From Vicinamibacterales bacterium (lineage in GTDB: Bacteria > Acidobacteriota > Vicinamibacteria > Vicinamibacterales > UBA2999), in assembly GCA_040081715.1 (NCBI GenBank), contig JBEBFY010000005.1, forward strand, positions 124,438-188,437: 64,000 nt of DNA, read 5' to 3'. Shown here piece after piece: positions 17,986 to 26,227 of this stretch. The notes below the pieces were generated by a model. It searched no databases. It was not told the origin of the DNA and saw nothing but the letters and a program-made list of their open reading frames with translations. The position numbers were made by a program, and so were the translations under genes. Each line of letters starts with the position of its first letter. The stretch's first letter is position 1.

Positions 17986-20292
17986 ATGATGAGCAACCTG
18001 ATACCCGTCCTCACGCGTCGCGATTTCGTCAAAGTCGGCGGCGCCCTGGTGGTGTCGGCCTCGCTGCCGTCGACCGCGAAGGCTGCGGCTGGTGCCGACG
18101 CCGGTTACACGCTGGACGCCACCAAACTCGTGTCGTGGCTGGAGCTCCACGCCGACGGTTCCATCGTCGCGCGCACGGGCAAGACCGAAACGGGCACGGC
18201 CTCGTCGGCGTTCTATGCGCAGGCGGTGGCTGAAGAACTCGACGTGGATCCACGGAAGGTCTCCATCATTGGCGGGCATACCGACGAGACTCCCGATGGC
18301 GGCTATTCCGCGGGCTTCCTCGGGGGCGTGAACAACCTGAAGAAGGTGGCCGCCTACACACGGCAGGCGTTGCTGGGTCTGGCGGCCGAGCGGCTCGGTG
18401 TCCCGGCGGCCGGGCTCACAGTGGCCGGCGGCGTGGTCTCCGGCGGCGGGAAGTCAGTCAGCTACACCGACCTCGTCAAGGGGCAGCAGCTCAGCCTCGC
18501 GATCCCCGTGACCGGCCGGCTGGCCCGGATCGACCCGAAGGACCCGATCGGCATCACCGATCTGATGGGCATCACCGTGACGGGCAACCCCCCGATGAAG
18601 CCCATGGACAAGTACACGGTCGTGGGCGGGTCCCACCCGCGTCCGTCGATTGCCGATATCGCGATGGGCAAGGCCGTCTACAGCGGCGACGTCAAGGTGC
18701 CGGGGATGCTGCATGCGCGGATGGTACGGCCCGCGTCGCTCGGTTCGACGCTGGTGTCGGCGGGCAAGCTCGACAAGGTGAAGTTCCCGACCGCGGAAGT
18801 CGTGGTGCAGAAGAACCTGGTCGCCGTGGTCTCACCGAATGAATGGGAGGCGGTGTCCGCCGCCAGGGCGGTCGCGGCCGTGACGAAGTGGACCGAGTGG
18901 GCGGGCCTTCCCGGCAGCGGGAACCTCACCGCCACGCTGCGCAGCGCCAAGTGGGAGGACGTCGGCCGGCGTGGAGATCCGGCCAAGGCGGAGGCGGGCC
19001 TGGCCAAGGCCGCCCGGACGCTGGCGACCACCTATGAGCAGCCCTACGTGCGGCACGCCCCGATGGGGGCCTTTGTAGCCACGGCAGATGTGAAGACCGA
19101 CGGGTCTCTCACGATCTGGTCGCAGTCGTCGCAGTCGCAGGGCGCGCGCGCACACATCGCGCACATCATGAGTGTGCCGGTGGAGAAGGTCGTGATCCGC
19201 TGGGCGCAGGGACCTGGTCAGTACGGCCGGACCACGTATGGCGGCGACGGTGCGATGGCGGATGCGGCGATCCTGTCGAAGCTGGTCGGCAAGCCGGTGC
19301 GGGTGCAGTGGACCCTCAGCGAGGACCTGGCGTGGTCCTCCACCTCGCCGGGCTGGGTGGCGGACGTCAAGATCGGTCTCGACGACAAGGGCAACATGGT
19401 CGCCTTCAAGAGCGACTGGTACTCCCCGCACGAAAACGACGCACGGATGATCGGGGCCGTGCTGGCGGGCATGCCGACGATCAGCCCCAAGACCAAGCCC
19501 TTCTATCCCGCGATCTCGACCGTGTGGCCGTACGACAAGGTGCCGGCCGTGGTCGAGTCTGCCTACGGCATGGCGAATCTCGCGAGCGAGTCGGCCAACG
19601 GGGGTATCCGCGGCAACATCATGCGGACGCCATGGCAGCGCCAGCAGAACTTCGCCCTCGAGGCGGCGGTCGAGGAGGCCGCCGCGGCGGCCAAGGCTGA
19701 TCCCATCGAGTACCGCATCCGCCACACCAGCGACAAGCGGCTGATTGAGATCCTGAACGAGACATCGCAGGCTGCCGGTTGGAAGAGCCGTCCCTCACCC
19801 AGTCCGCAGGCGGCCAAGTCCGGCACCACGCCCGTACGCGGCCGGGGCGTGGGCGTGGTCATCCGGAGCGGGGCCCAGTGGGTGGGCATTGCCGAGGTCG
19901 AGGTCGTGCCCGCGACCGGTGTGGTGAAGGTGCTGTCGTTCACCACCGGTGTGGATGTCGGAAAGGTGATGAACCCGCGCCACCTGAAGTCCAACATCGA
20001 GGGTGGCACCGTCATGGGCCTGGGCGAGGCGCTCTTCGAGGAGGTGACCTTCGATGCGTCGAAGGTGACGAGCACCGACTGGACGAAGTACAAGATCCCG
20101 GCGATGGGCGACGTGCCCGACGTGAAGACGGTGTTCACCTCGCGCAACGGCCGCGGCATCAACGGCGGCGGCGAGGCGGCCAATACCGTGTCGGCGAATG
20201 CGGTGGCGGCGGCGTTCTTCGACGCCACGGGCGTCCAGCCGCGCCGGGTGCCGCTCACGCCGGCCTATGTGAAGTCGATTCTGAAGGCGTAG
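17986..20292 (+). CDS. molybdopterin-binding large subunit (IorB/aldehyde oxidase family) with a Tat signal
   Basis: Trimmed to the ATG at 17986, preceded by GGGAGGA. Twin-arginine motif LTRRDFVKVGGALVV. 768 aa of aldehyde oxidase/xanthine dehydrogenase-like sequence. Confidence 0.8.
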   Translation: MMSNLIPVLTRRDFVKVGGALVVSASLPSTAKAAAGADAGYTLDATKLVSWLELHADGSIVARTGKTETGTASSAFYAQAVAEELDVDPRKVSIIGGHTDETPDGGYSAGFLGGVNNLKKVAAYTRQALLGLAAERLGVPAAGLTVAGGVVSGGGKSVSYTDLVKGQQLSLAIPVTGRLARIDPKDPIGITDLMGITVTGNPPMKPMDKYTVVGGSHPRPSIADIAMGKAVYSGDVKVPGMLHARMVRPASLGSTLVSAGKLDKVKFPTAEVVVQKNLVAVVSPNEWEAVSAARAVAAVTKWTEWAGLPGSGNLTATLRSAKWEDVGRRGDPAKAEAGLAKAARTLATTYEQPYVRHAPMGAFVATADVKTDGSLTIWSQSSQSQGARAHIAHIMSVPVEKVVIRWAQGPGQYGRTTYGGDGAMADAAILSKLVGKPVRVQWTLSEDLAWSSTSPGWVADVKIGLDDKGNMVAFKSDWYSPHENDARMIGAVLAGMPTISPKTKPFYPAISTVWPYDKVPAVVESAYGMANLASESANGGIRGNIMRTPWQRQQNFALEAAVEEAAAAAKADPIEYRIRHTSDKRLIEILNETSQAAGWKSRPSPSPQAAKSGTTPVRGRGVGVVIRSGAQWVGIAEVEVVPATGVVKVLSFTTGVDVGKVMNPRHLKSNIEGGTVMGLGEALFEEVTFDASKVTSTDWTKYKIPAMGDVPDVKTVFTSRNGRGINGGGEAANTVSANAVAAAFFDATGVQPRRVPLTPAYVKSILKA

Positions 20293-20321
20293 CCGGCCCG
20301 GGTCGCCGGGCTGAAGACACC

Positions 20322-20362
20322 AACGGCCGGAGCAGCGATGCTGCTCCGGCCGTTGTCTTTTC
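20322..20362. terminator. strong bidirectional intrinsic terminator between convergent genes
   Basis: AACGGCCGGAGCAGC (20322-20336) pairs perfectly with GCTGCTCCGGCCGTT (20340-20354), giving a 15-bp stem followed by GTCTTTTCTCC. Confidence 0.7.
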
Positions 20363-20364
20363 TC

Positions 20365-20862
20365 CTACTTGGCCGATGCAGCGGCTGCGGGCGCTGCCTC
20401 GGCGTAGTAAGCGCGCTGCTTGAAGCGCCACCCTTCCTTCGTCCGCACGATCACGTCTTCGTAGCTCCCGCCGCCGGTGATCGCCGGATTCTTCTGCAGG
20501 TCGATGAGCGTGACGTAGGACGACCCCTTGGCGCCTTCCGCAGACGGTTCGATGAGGACGTTGGTGGAGATGTGGAAGATCTTCGGGCGCGGCTTGAGCG
20601 GGCCTCGACCGGCCGCCAGGTCTCCGATCTCCTTGCGGCCCTTGAGCGTCCGGTCGGCGCCGATCTTGAACGTGCCGTCGGTCGTGAAGACGCTCCCGTA
20701 CATCTCGGTGTTGCTGCTGTCGTACGCGTAGTTGTACTTCGCATACAGCATCTGGATTTCGGTGTAGTCGGCGGCACTCAGCGTGGCTTTCTGATCGGCC
20801 GCCTGTGCGGCGGCGCCGGCCAGGAGGACTGCGGCAAGCGTGACCGGGATGAGTCGTGTCAT
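20365..20862 (-). CDS. exported SnoaL-like / NTF2-fold protein
   Basis: 165 aa with a signal peptide (AAVLLAGAAAQAADQ). DYTEIQMLYAKYNYAYDSSNTEMYGSVFTTDGTF ... VIVRTKEGWRFKQRAY resembles SnoaL_4-type proteins. Confidence 0.45.
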   Translation of the reverse strand: MTRLIPVTLAAVLLAGAAAQAADQKATLSAADYTEIQMLYAKYNYAYDSSNTEMYGSVFTTDGTFKIGADRTLKGRKEIGDLAAGRGPLKPRPKIFHISTNVLIEPSAEGAKGSSYVTLIDLQKNPAITGGGSYEDVIVRTKEGWRFKQRAYYAEAAPAAAASAK

Positions 20863-20874
20863 GAGGCGGTGCTC

Positions 20875-22098
20875 CTATTTGGCTGTGACGTCGTAGGCGT
20901 ACACGCTGCCCTGATCCCGCAGGATGAGCGTGCCGCGGGTGATGATCGGGTGACTCCAGGTGGGGAGCTCGCCGGCGGAAATGCGGAATCGCCCATGTTC
21001 CACATACTGCACCGGCGTGGCTTCCGCGAGCGCCACCTGGCCCTGCTCGCTGAAGAGGTAGAGCCGCGCGTCGGCGTAGATGGCCGACCCTTTTCCGACG
21101 CTCCTGTGCTGCCAGGCCACCTTGCCGTCGGCCAGGCGCATCGCGGTCAGGATCGAGTTGGAGAACCCGTAGAGGTGCTCGCCGACCAGCACCGACGACG
21201 CATGGTGGTTCATCATCTCGCGCGTGAAGTACACCTCCTTCGCGCCACTCGCCGTGACGTCGAGGAGCACGGCGCCTGTGCCGTAGGCCGAGGAGAGGAA
21301 CACCTTGCTGCCACTGATGATCGGCGTGGCGATGTTGGCCGTGTCGTTATTCACGCGGTCGTTAGTCCAGAGGACCTTTCCCGTGGCGACGTCCACGCCC
21401 ATGCCGTTCCGTGCGGTGAAGAAGACCGCCTGCCGGACGCCACCGATCGTGGCGACCATGGCCGAGGAGTAGGCGGCGGGGTCGCTGGCGGCGGTCTTCC
21501 AGATGACGGCGCCGGTGGCCTTGTTCAGCGCGACGATCGTGGCATTGGGGCCACCCGGCTGCACGAGCACGCGATCCTCCAGCACGAGCGGCGACTCGCT
21601 GATGCCCCAGTAGGGGTTGTCCCCCTTGAACTCGCTGAGGATGTTCTTCTTCCACACGGGCTTCCCGGTCGCAAGGTCCAGGCACGCGAGGTCGCCATTC
21701 CCGCCGAGGGCAAAGAGCCGGTCGCCGTCGATGACCGGCGTGCCCCTGGGGCCGTCGCCACGGTCATTCGAGAAGAGCGCGCCGTTCGGCGTTTCCCACA
21801 CCTTCTTGCCGGTCGCCGCGTCGATGGCCACCACGTATTCCGTATTGCCCCGGGTGCCGAGCGTGAAGAGCCGCCCGCCAGAAGCGGCAAACGACGAGTA
21901 GCCGCCACCGTTGCCGGTGGAGCGCCAAAGCAGCGGCGGCCCCCCCTCTGGCCAGTCCTTCAGCAGGCCGGTTTCGGCGGACTTGCCGTCGCGGTTCGGG
22001 CCGCGCCACTGGGTCCAGTCAGGGGCCTGGCCGTCGAGCACGGCCGTGACAGCCAGCGTGGAGCAGGCGGCGAGGACAACGGTGGGGAGCCAGCGCAT
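20875..22098 (-). CDS. exported PQQ-like (BamB-type) beta-propeller repeat protein (paralog of 15088-16431)
   Basis: Signal peptide, then PDWTQWRGPNRDGKSAETG. Propeller blades GGRLFTLGTRGNTEYVVAIDAATGKKVWE, GDRLFALGGNGDLACLDLATGKPVWK and GEHLYGFSNSILTAMRLADGKVAWQ. Confidence 0.65.
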   Translation of the reverse strand: MRWLPTVVLAACSTLAVTAVLDGQAPDWTQWRGPNRDGKSAETGLLKDWPEGGPPLLWRSTGNGGGYSSFAASGGRLFTLGTRGNTEYVVAIDAATGKKVWETPNGALFSNDRGDGPRGTPVIDGDRLFALGGNGDLACLDLATGKPVWKKNILSEFKGDNPYWGISESPLVLEDRVLVQPGGPNATIVALNKATGAVIWKTAASDPAAYSSAMVATIGGVRQAVFFTARNGMGVDVATGKVLWTNDRVNNDTANIATPIISGSKVFLSSAYGTGAVLLDVTASGAKEVYFTREMMNHHASSVLVGEHLYGFSNSILTAMRLADGKVAWQHRSVGKGSAIYADARLYLFSEQGQVALAEATPVQYVEHGRFRISAGELPTWSHPIITRGTLILRDQGSVYAYDVTAK

Positions 22099-22132
22099 GG
22101 AGCCTATTCTGCCATTGAGCGATCATGGGGGC

Positions 22133-22606
22133 ATGGAGAAGCTTGAGGGCTGGCTGGACCGCTACGAGCGGGGGCACATTGACCGGCGGACATTCCTGGC
22201 TGGCGCGGCCGTGGCCTTTCAGGCCGCCGTGGGCGAGGCGCAGGGCACGCGTGGGCTGGTGGCACCAGGCGGCGTGCACCACGTGGAGATCAAATCCGTG
22301 GACTTTGCCGGGACGAAGGCCTTTTACGAAAAACTGCTCGGGCCAGCCGTGGTCCAGGATTTTCGCGCCACGATCCCGCTGGAGCCCGCTCCGGGGCGAG
22401 CCACGCTCCGCATCTCCTCGGGTCCGATTCCTCGCGTGGACCACTTCGCCCTCAAGGTGCCCGGGATGAACCCGAAGGACCCGAAGGCCACGCGCGCGAC
22501 CCTGGAGAAGGCAGGGCTGAAGGTCCGGCAGGTCGACGCCGCGCTCTACGTGATGGCTCCGGACGACCTGGAGGTGGAGCTGGTGGCGCCGGGTGTACGC
22601 CGCTAG
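22133..22606 (+). CDS. VOC superfamily protein with a Tat-type signal
   Basis: Trimmed to the ATG at 22133. Twin-arginine motif HIDRRTFLAGAAVAFQAAVGEAQG, then GGVHHVEIKSVDFAGTKAFYEKLLG ... VDHFALKVPG. Confidence 0.6.
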   Translation: MEKLEGWLDRYERGHIDRRTFLAGAAVAFQAAVGEAQGTRGLVAPGGVHHVEIKSVDFAGTKAFYEKLLGPAVVQDFRATIPLEPAPGRATLRISSGPIPRVDHFALKVPGMNPKDPKATRATLEKAGLKVRQVDAALYVMAPDDLEVELVAPGVRR

Positions 22607-22817
22607 TAGCTCCGGGGTCTGTAGCCTGACGCCCCCACATCGTGGAGGTTGCCGCCGCGGGATATTTCCGGTTCGCCAGCGAGATTCAGATCGCGAGGGT
22701 GTGGCGACGTCCCTGAACGCAGGCCTTACGGGCCGGCCCTGAACGGGCCAACCGGATCGCGACTTGCAGTGGCGGTGTGATGAATACCCCTCAACGAGCC
22801 ATCCAGGAGACCCGGCC

Positions 22818-23294
22818 ATGACCAGTTCGCACGGTGTAAGAGACCTGATGAGCCCCTACGTCATGACCGTCGTGGACGACATGACGACGGATGACCTCGC
22901 GCGGTACTTGGTCGAGCATGAGATCTCCGGTGCGCCCGTTGTGGACGAGCAGGGCCACCTGGTCGGCGTCGTGTCGATGACCGACATCGGCCGCAATGTC
23001 GCGGATCCCGCGGAGACCGAGCTCGACAGGGGCACGGACTTCTATCGAGATGACGCGACGGACCTCCCATTTGCCGGGCACGTCGGCCGTGGCGCTGGCG
23101 ACGGGGGAGTGGCCATGGTCCGCGACATCATGACGGCCGGGGTGTGCCATGTGCCCGTGGGCGCGTCGGTTGGCGAGGTGGCGCGCCTCATGGTGGAGCA
23201 GCACATGCATCGCGTCGTCGTGACCGAGGACAAGCAGCCGGTCGGGATTATCACCAGCATGGACCTGTTACGACTGCTTGCCGGTCAGTCTTGA
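22818..23294 (+). CDS. CBS-pair domain protein
   Basis: AGGAGA precedes the ATG at 22818. Two CBS motifs: VRDLMSPYVMTVVDDMTTDDLARYLVEHEISGAPVVDEQGHLVGVVSMTDI and VRDIMTAGVCHVPVGASVGEVARLMVEQHMHRVVVTEDKQPVGIITSMDLLRLL. Confidence 0.8.
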   Translation: MTSSHGVRDLMSPYVMTVVDDMTTDDLARYLVEHEISGAPVVDEQGHLVGVVSMTDIGRNVADPAETELDRGTDFYRDDATDLPFAGHVGRGAGDGGVAMVRDIMTAGVCHVPVGASVGEVARLMVEQHMHRVVVTEDKQPVGIITSMDLLRLLAGQS

Positions 23295-23334
23295 ACCTGG
23301 CGCGCTCAGGGGTCGGCATAGCGAGGGAACGACG

Positions 23335-23799
23335 ATGACAACACATGTCGGAATCTGGATCGACCACGAGAGGGCGCTGATTGTCGCCGCCGGAGAGGAT
23401 GCGGTGACGCAGGTGCAGTCCGGTGTCCCCGGTCATGCGCGCTTCACCGGTGGTGGCGGGTTCCCTGATGGCAACAGCTCTCAGGGCGGGGGGAGTGAGC
23501 GGCGGTACGAGGAGCGCCATCGAAACGCCCTCTCCCGTTTCTTTGACGATGTCGTTGTGGCCATCGGCCCAGCCGAGGCGGTGCTGATCTTCGGACCAGG
23601 CGAGGCCAAGCAGGAACTGGCCCATCGGATCGAGCACGCCAGGACGCAGCCGAAGCCCACGCTCGTTGTTGAGGCCGCGGACAGACTGACCGTCCCGCAG
23701 ATCGTGGCGAAGGTGTCCGGGTACTTCGAGGCGGAGGCCAGGAAAGGGCGCATGCCGCCTGCCCGGCCGCACCGGGGCGTGCCGATCACCTCGACGTGA
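23335..23799 (+). CDS. hypothetical protein, possibly a bacterial eRF1-like (baeRF / host-attachment-protein-like) fold
   Basis: 154 aa from the ATG at 23335. HVGIWIDHERALIV ... RHRNALSRFFDDVVVAIGPAEAVLIFGPGEAKQELAHRI ... ADRLTVPQIVAKV matches my memory of the pattern in Host_attach/baeRF families. Not verified. Confidence 0.3.
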   Translation: MTTHVGIWIDHERALIVAAGEDAVTQVQSGVPGHARFTGGGGFPDGNSSQGGGSERRYEERHRNALSRFFDDVVVAIGPAEAVLIFGPGEAKQELAHRIEHARTQPKPTLVVEAADRLTVPQIVAKVSGYFEAEARKGRMPPARPHRGVPITST

Positions 23800-24000
23800 G
23801 GCGCTTGAACGTCGCCTTCCGCACCTACGCTGGGTCATTCGGGTTCTCCTGCACCATGGTTTCGACGAATGCTCCCGTCACCATGGCCCCGTTGGGTCAG
23901 TGCGAAGGCGTGAATGGAGTTGGGCAGGCGAGGCGAACCCCCGAGGAATCGCCCTGCTCCACGGAGTGCCAGTTCGCGCCTCGGTATACTCGAAGGCGCG

Positions 24001-25011
24001 ATGCAGTACACGAATCTTGGTTCCAGTGGTCTGAAGGTGTCCCGGCTCTGCCTGGGATGCATGGGATTTGGCACGCCGGCGTGGCGTGAGTGGGTGCTCC
24101 CCGAGGAGCCGAGCCGCGTCATCCTGAAGCGCGCCATCGAGCTGGGCTTCAACTTCTTCGACACGGCGGACTTCTACTCGGCCGGCGAGGGCGAGGCCGT
24201 GCTGGGCCGCGCGCTGCGCGACTTTACGACGCGCGACCAGGTCGTCATCGCGACCAAGGTGTTCTACCCGACCCGGGCCGGCGTCAACGAGCGCGGCCTC
24301 TCGCGCAAGCACATCTTCGACGCGGTGGACCGGTCACTGCGGGCCCTCGGCACCGACTACATCGACCTCTACCAGTTCCACCGCTGGGACCACGCGACGC
24401 CGCTTGACGAAACACTGCGCGCGATGGACGACATCGTGCGGGCCGGCAAGGTCCGGTATCTGGGCGCGTCGAGTTGCTATGCCTGGGAGTTCGCGCAGGC
24501 GCTCGCGATGGCCGACCAGCGTGGCTGGTCGCGGTTCATCTCGATGCAGGGCCACTACAACCTGCTCTACCGGGAAGAGGAGCGCGAGATGATCCCGCTC
24601 TGCACGAAGGAGGGCATCGGCCTCATTCCGTGGAGTCCGCTGGCGCGCGGTGTTCTGACGGGCACGAGGAAGCCGGGTGAGTGGACCGCCACCTCGCGTG
24701 CGCGGACCGACGACTTCGCGCACTTCCTCTATTCCACGCCAGGCGACGCCGAGATCGCCGACCGCTGCGTGCAGGTGGCGGCCAGGCGTGGCGTGCCGCC
24801 CTCGCAGGTGGCGCTGGCGTGGCTGCTGGCCAAGGGCGTGGCCGCCCCGATTCTCGGCACGACGAAGCTGGAACAGCTCGAACAGGCCATGGGCGCGCTG
24901 GATCTGACCCTGGACGAATCGGAGATGACGTACCTGGAGGAGCGTTACCAGCCGCATACCGTGCTTGGGATCGCTGGTCCGCCCGATTCAGCTGGTCCGA
25001 AGTCCCGTTAG
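24001..25011 (+). CDS. aldo/keto reductase
   Basis: MQYTNLGSSGLKVSRLCLGCMGFG ... FFDTADFYSAGEGEAVLGRAL ... YIDLYQFHRWD, typical AKR motifs. Trimmed to the ATG at 24001. Confidence 0.85.
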   Translation: MQYTNLGSSGLKVSRLCLGCMGFGTPAWREWVLPEEPSRVILKRAIELGFNFFDTADFYSAGEGEAVLGRALRDFTTRDQVVIATKVFYPTRAGVNERGLSRKHIFDAVDRSLRALGTDYIDLYQFHRWDHATPLDETLRAMDDIVRAGKVRYLGASSCYAWEFAQALAMADQRGWSRFISMQGHYNLLYREEEREMIPLCTKEGIGLIPWSPLARGVLTGTRKPGEWTATSRARTDDFAHFLYSTPGDAEIADRCVQVAARRGVPPSQVALAWLLAKGVAAPILGTTKLEQLEQAMGALDLTLDESEMTYLEERYQPHTVLGIAGPPDSAGPKSR

Positions 25012-25025
25012 ACTCGCGGACCTTT

Positions 25026-25256
25026 CTATCGCGACCGCCTGCCGAGAAGGTCCTCGACCTGGAGCCCGATGTCCTTTGCTATCTGGCGGAGCAATGTCGG
25101 TGAAATGTCCCGTCCCTGATGCATCGGAACGGTGGTTCCGCGGCCGTCGGCGTGTCGGAACTGCCGGTGAGATCCGCGCTGACGCACCTCGGCGAACCCG
25201 AACGCTTCAAGAAGCGCGACCACGTCGCGCGGCTTGATGATCGGTATGTTGCCCAC
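25026..25256 (-). CDS. hicA: type II toxin HicA (mRNA interferase)
   Basis: 76 aa with a GTG start. IIKPRDVVALLEAFGFAEVRQRGSHRQFRHADGRGTTVPMHQGRDISPTLLRQIAKDIG, the conserved GSH core of the HicA dsRBD-like fold. Confidence 0.85.
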   Translation of the reverse strand: MGNIPIIKPRDVVALLEAFGFAEVRQRGSHRQFRHADGRGTTVPMHQGRDISPTLLRQIAKDIGLQVEDLLGRRSR

Positions 25257-25259
25257 AAA

Positions 25260-25469
25260 CTACGCGACTTCTACGGTTTGCGTGCCGATGAACACGCTGT
25301 CGAGATGAGGCGACCCCGCTTCGAGCAGCATCTCGACGACTTCCTGAAGGTTGGCGTGGAGTTCATCCAGCGTTGCACCCTGACTGTGGGCGCCGGCAAA
25401 GCCCGGCACCCAGCCGACATAGAGACCGGTATCGGCGTCTCGTTCGATCACCGCTGTGAACTGTTTCAT
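25260..25469 (-). CDS. hicB: type II antitoxin HicB (minimal, UPF0150-type, no DNA-binding extension)
   Basis: 69 aa. MKQFTAVIERDADTGLYVGWVPGFAGAHSQGATLDELHANLQEVVEMLLE. Its stop lies 3 nt before the hicA start. Confidence 0.8.
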   Translation of the reverse strand: MKQFTAVIERDADTGLYVGWVPGFAGAHSQGATLDELHANLQEVVEMLLEAGSPHLDSVFIGTQTVEVA

Positions 25470-25579
25470 GGGAGGCCTCGCCTACCCCGGACGATACCAG
25501 AAGCGTTCCGCGTGCTCCAGCCAGAGTTGCGAGGCACTGGAGTGTCCCGGATCGGGGCCAATGCCCCGGGGCCCGGCCT

Positions 25580-26227
25580 CTACGCGAAGGTGAGCGTGCG
25601 GTGGCTGGTGTGCGTCCGCAGCACGTCGGCCGTGAGCTGCTTCGAGAGATACACCTTCGATTCGCGGTTGTCGGCCGCGTGCGGCTCGTACTTGATGACG
25701 TCGAACTGCAGGTGGTCCAGCGTGCCGCGCATGTCGTAGAAGCGGTTCTTGGTCTTCACGACCACTTCATGGAAGCCCACGGTGTGCGCCCATACCTCGG
25801 ACTCCTCGGTGAGTGCCCGGAAGTGCCCGAGGCCGCGCCAGTCGCGCCGGGTGCCGCCGATCCAGGTGTAGAGGATCTTCCGCCCGTCGAACTGGATCAC
25901 GTCCTTCAGGCGGGCAACAAGGTCCGCCAGCCGCGGGTCGGTTTCCGTGGCCCGCAACTCATGCATGACTTTGAAGGACACGGGGACGACCGTCCCGCCG
26001 GGATCGTCCGGCAGCGGCGCCTCGGCCATGAGGATAAGGCTGTCCCTGTCGTGCAGGCGGTGGATGATCTCCGCGGCCGACTTCTTCCGGGGAAACTCTC
26101 CGAAGTACTCCTCGAGGTACTGGATCTCGAGCGCGCCGGGTTCGAGCGCGTACTGCTTGATGAGATGCTCCACGGCGGGTCCGCCTACTATAATCCAACG
26201 ATTTGACTCGCACGGCGCTTCGCGCAC
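25580..26227 (-). CDS. probable GNAT-family N-acetyltransferase
   Basis: WIGGTRRDWRGLGHFRALTEESEVWAHTVGFHEVVVKTKNRFYDM resembles GNAT motif A (R-x-x-G-x-G) plus the following helix. The start is uncertain; GTG at 26173 is an alternative. Confidence 0.4.
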   Translation of the reverse strand: MREAPCESNRWIIVGGPAVEHLIKQYALEPGALEIQYLEEYFGEFPRKKSAAEIIHRLHDRDSLILMAEAPLPDDPGGTVVPVSFKVMHELRATETDPRLADLVARLKDVIQFDGRKILYTWIGGTRRDWRGLGHFRALTEESEVWAHTVGFHEVVVKTKNRFYDMRGTLDHLQFDVIKYEPHAADNRESKVYLSKQLTADVLRTHTSHRTLTFA

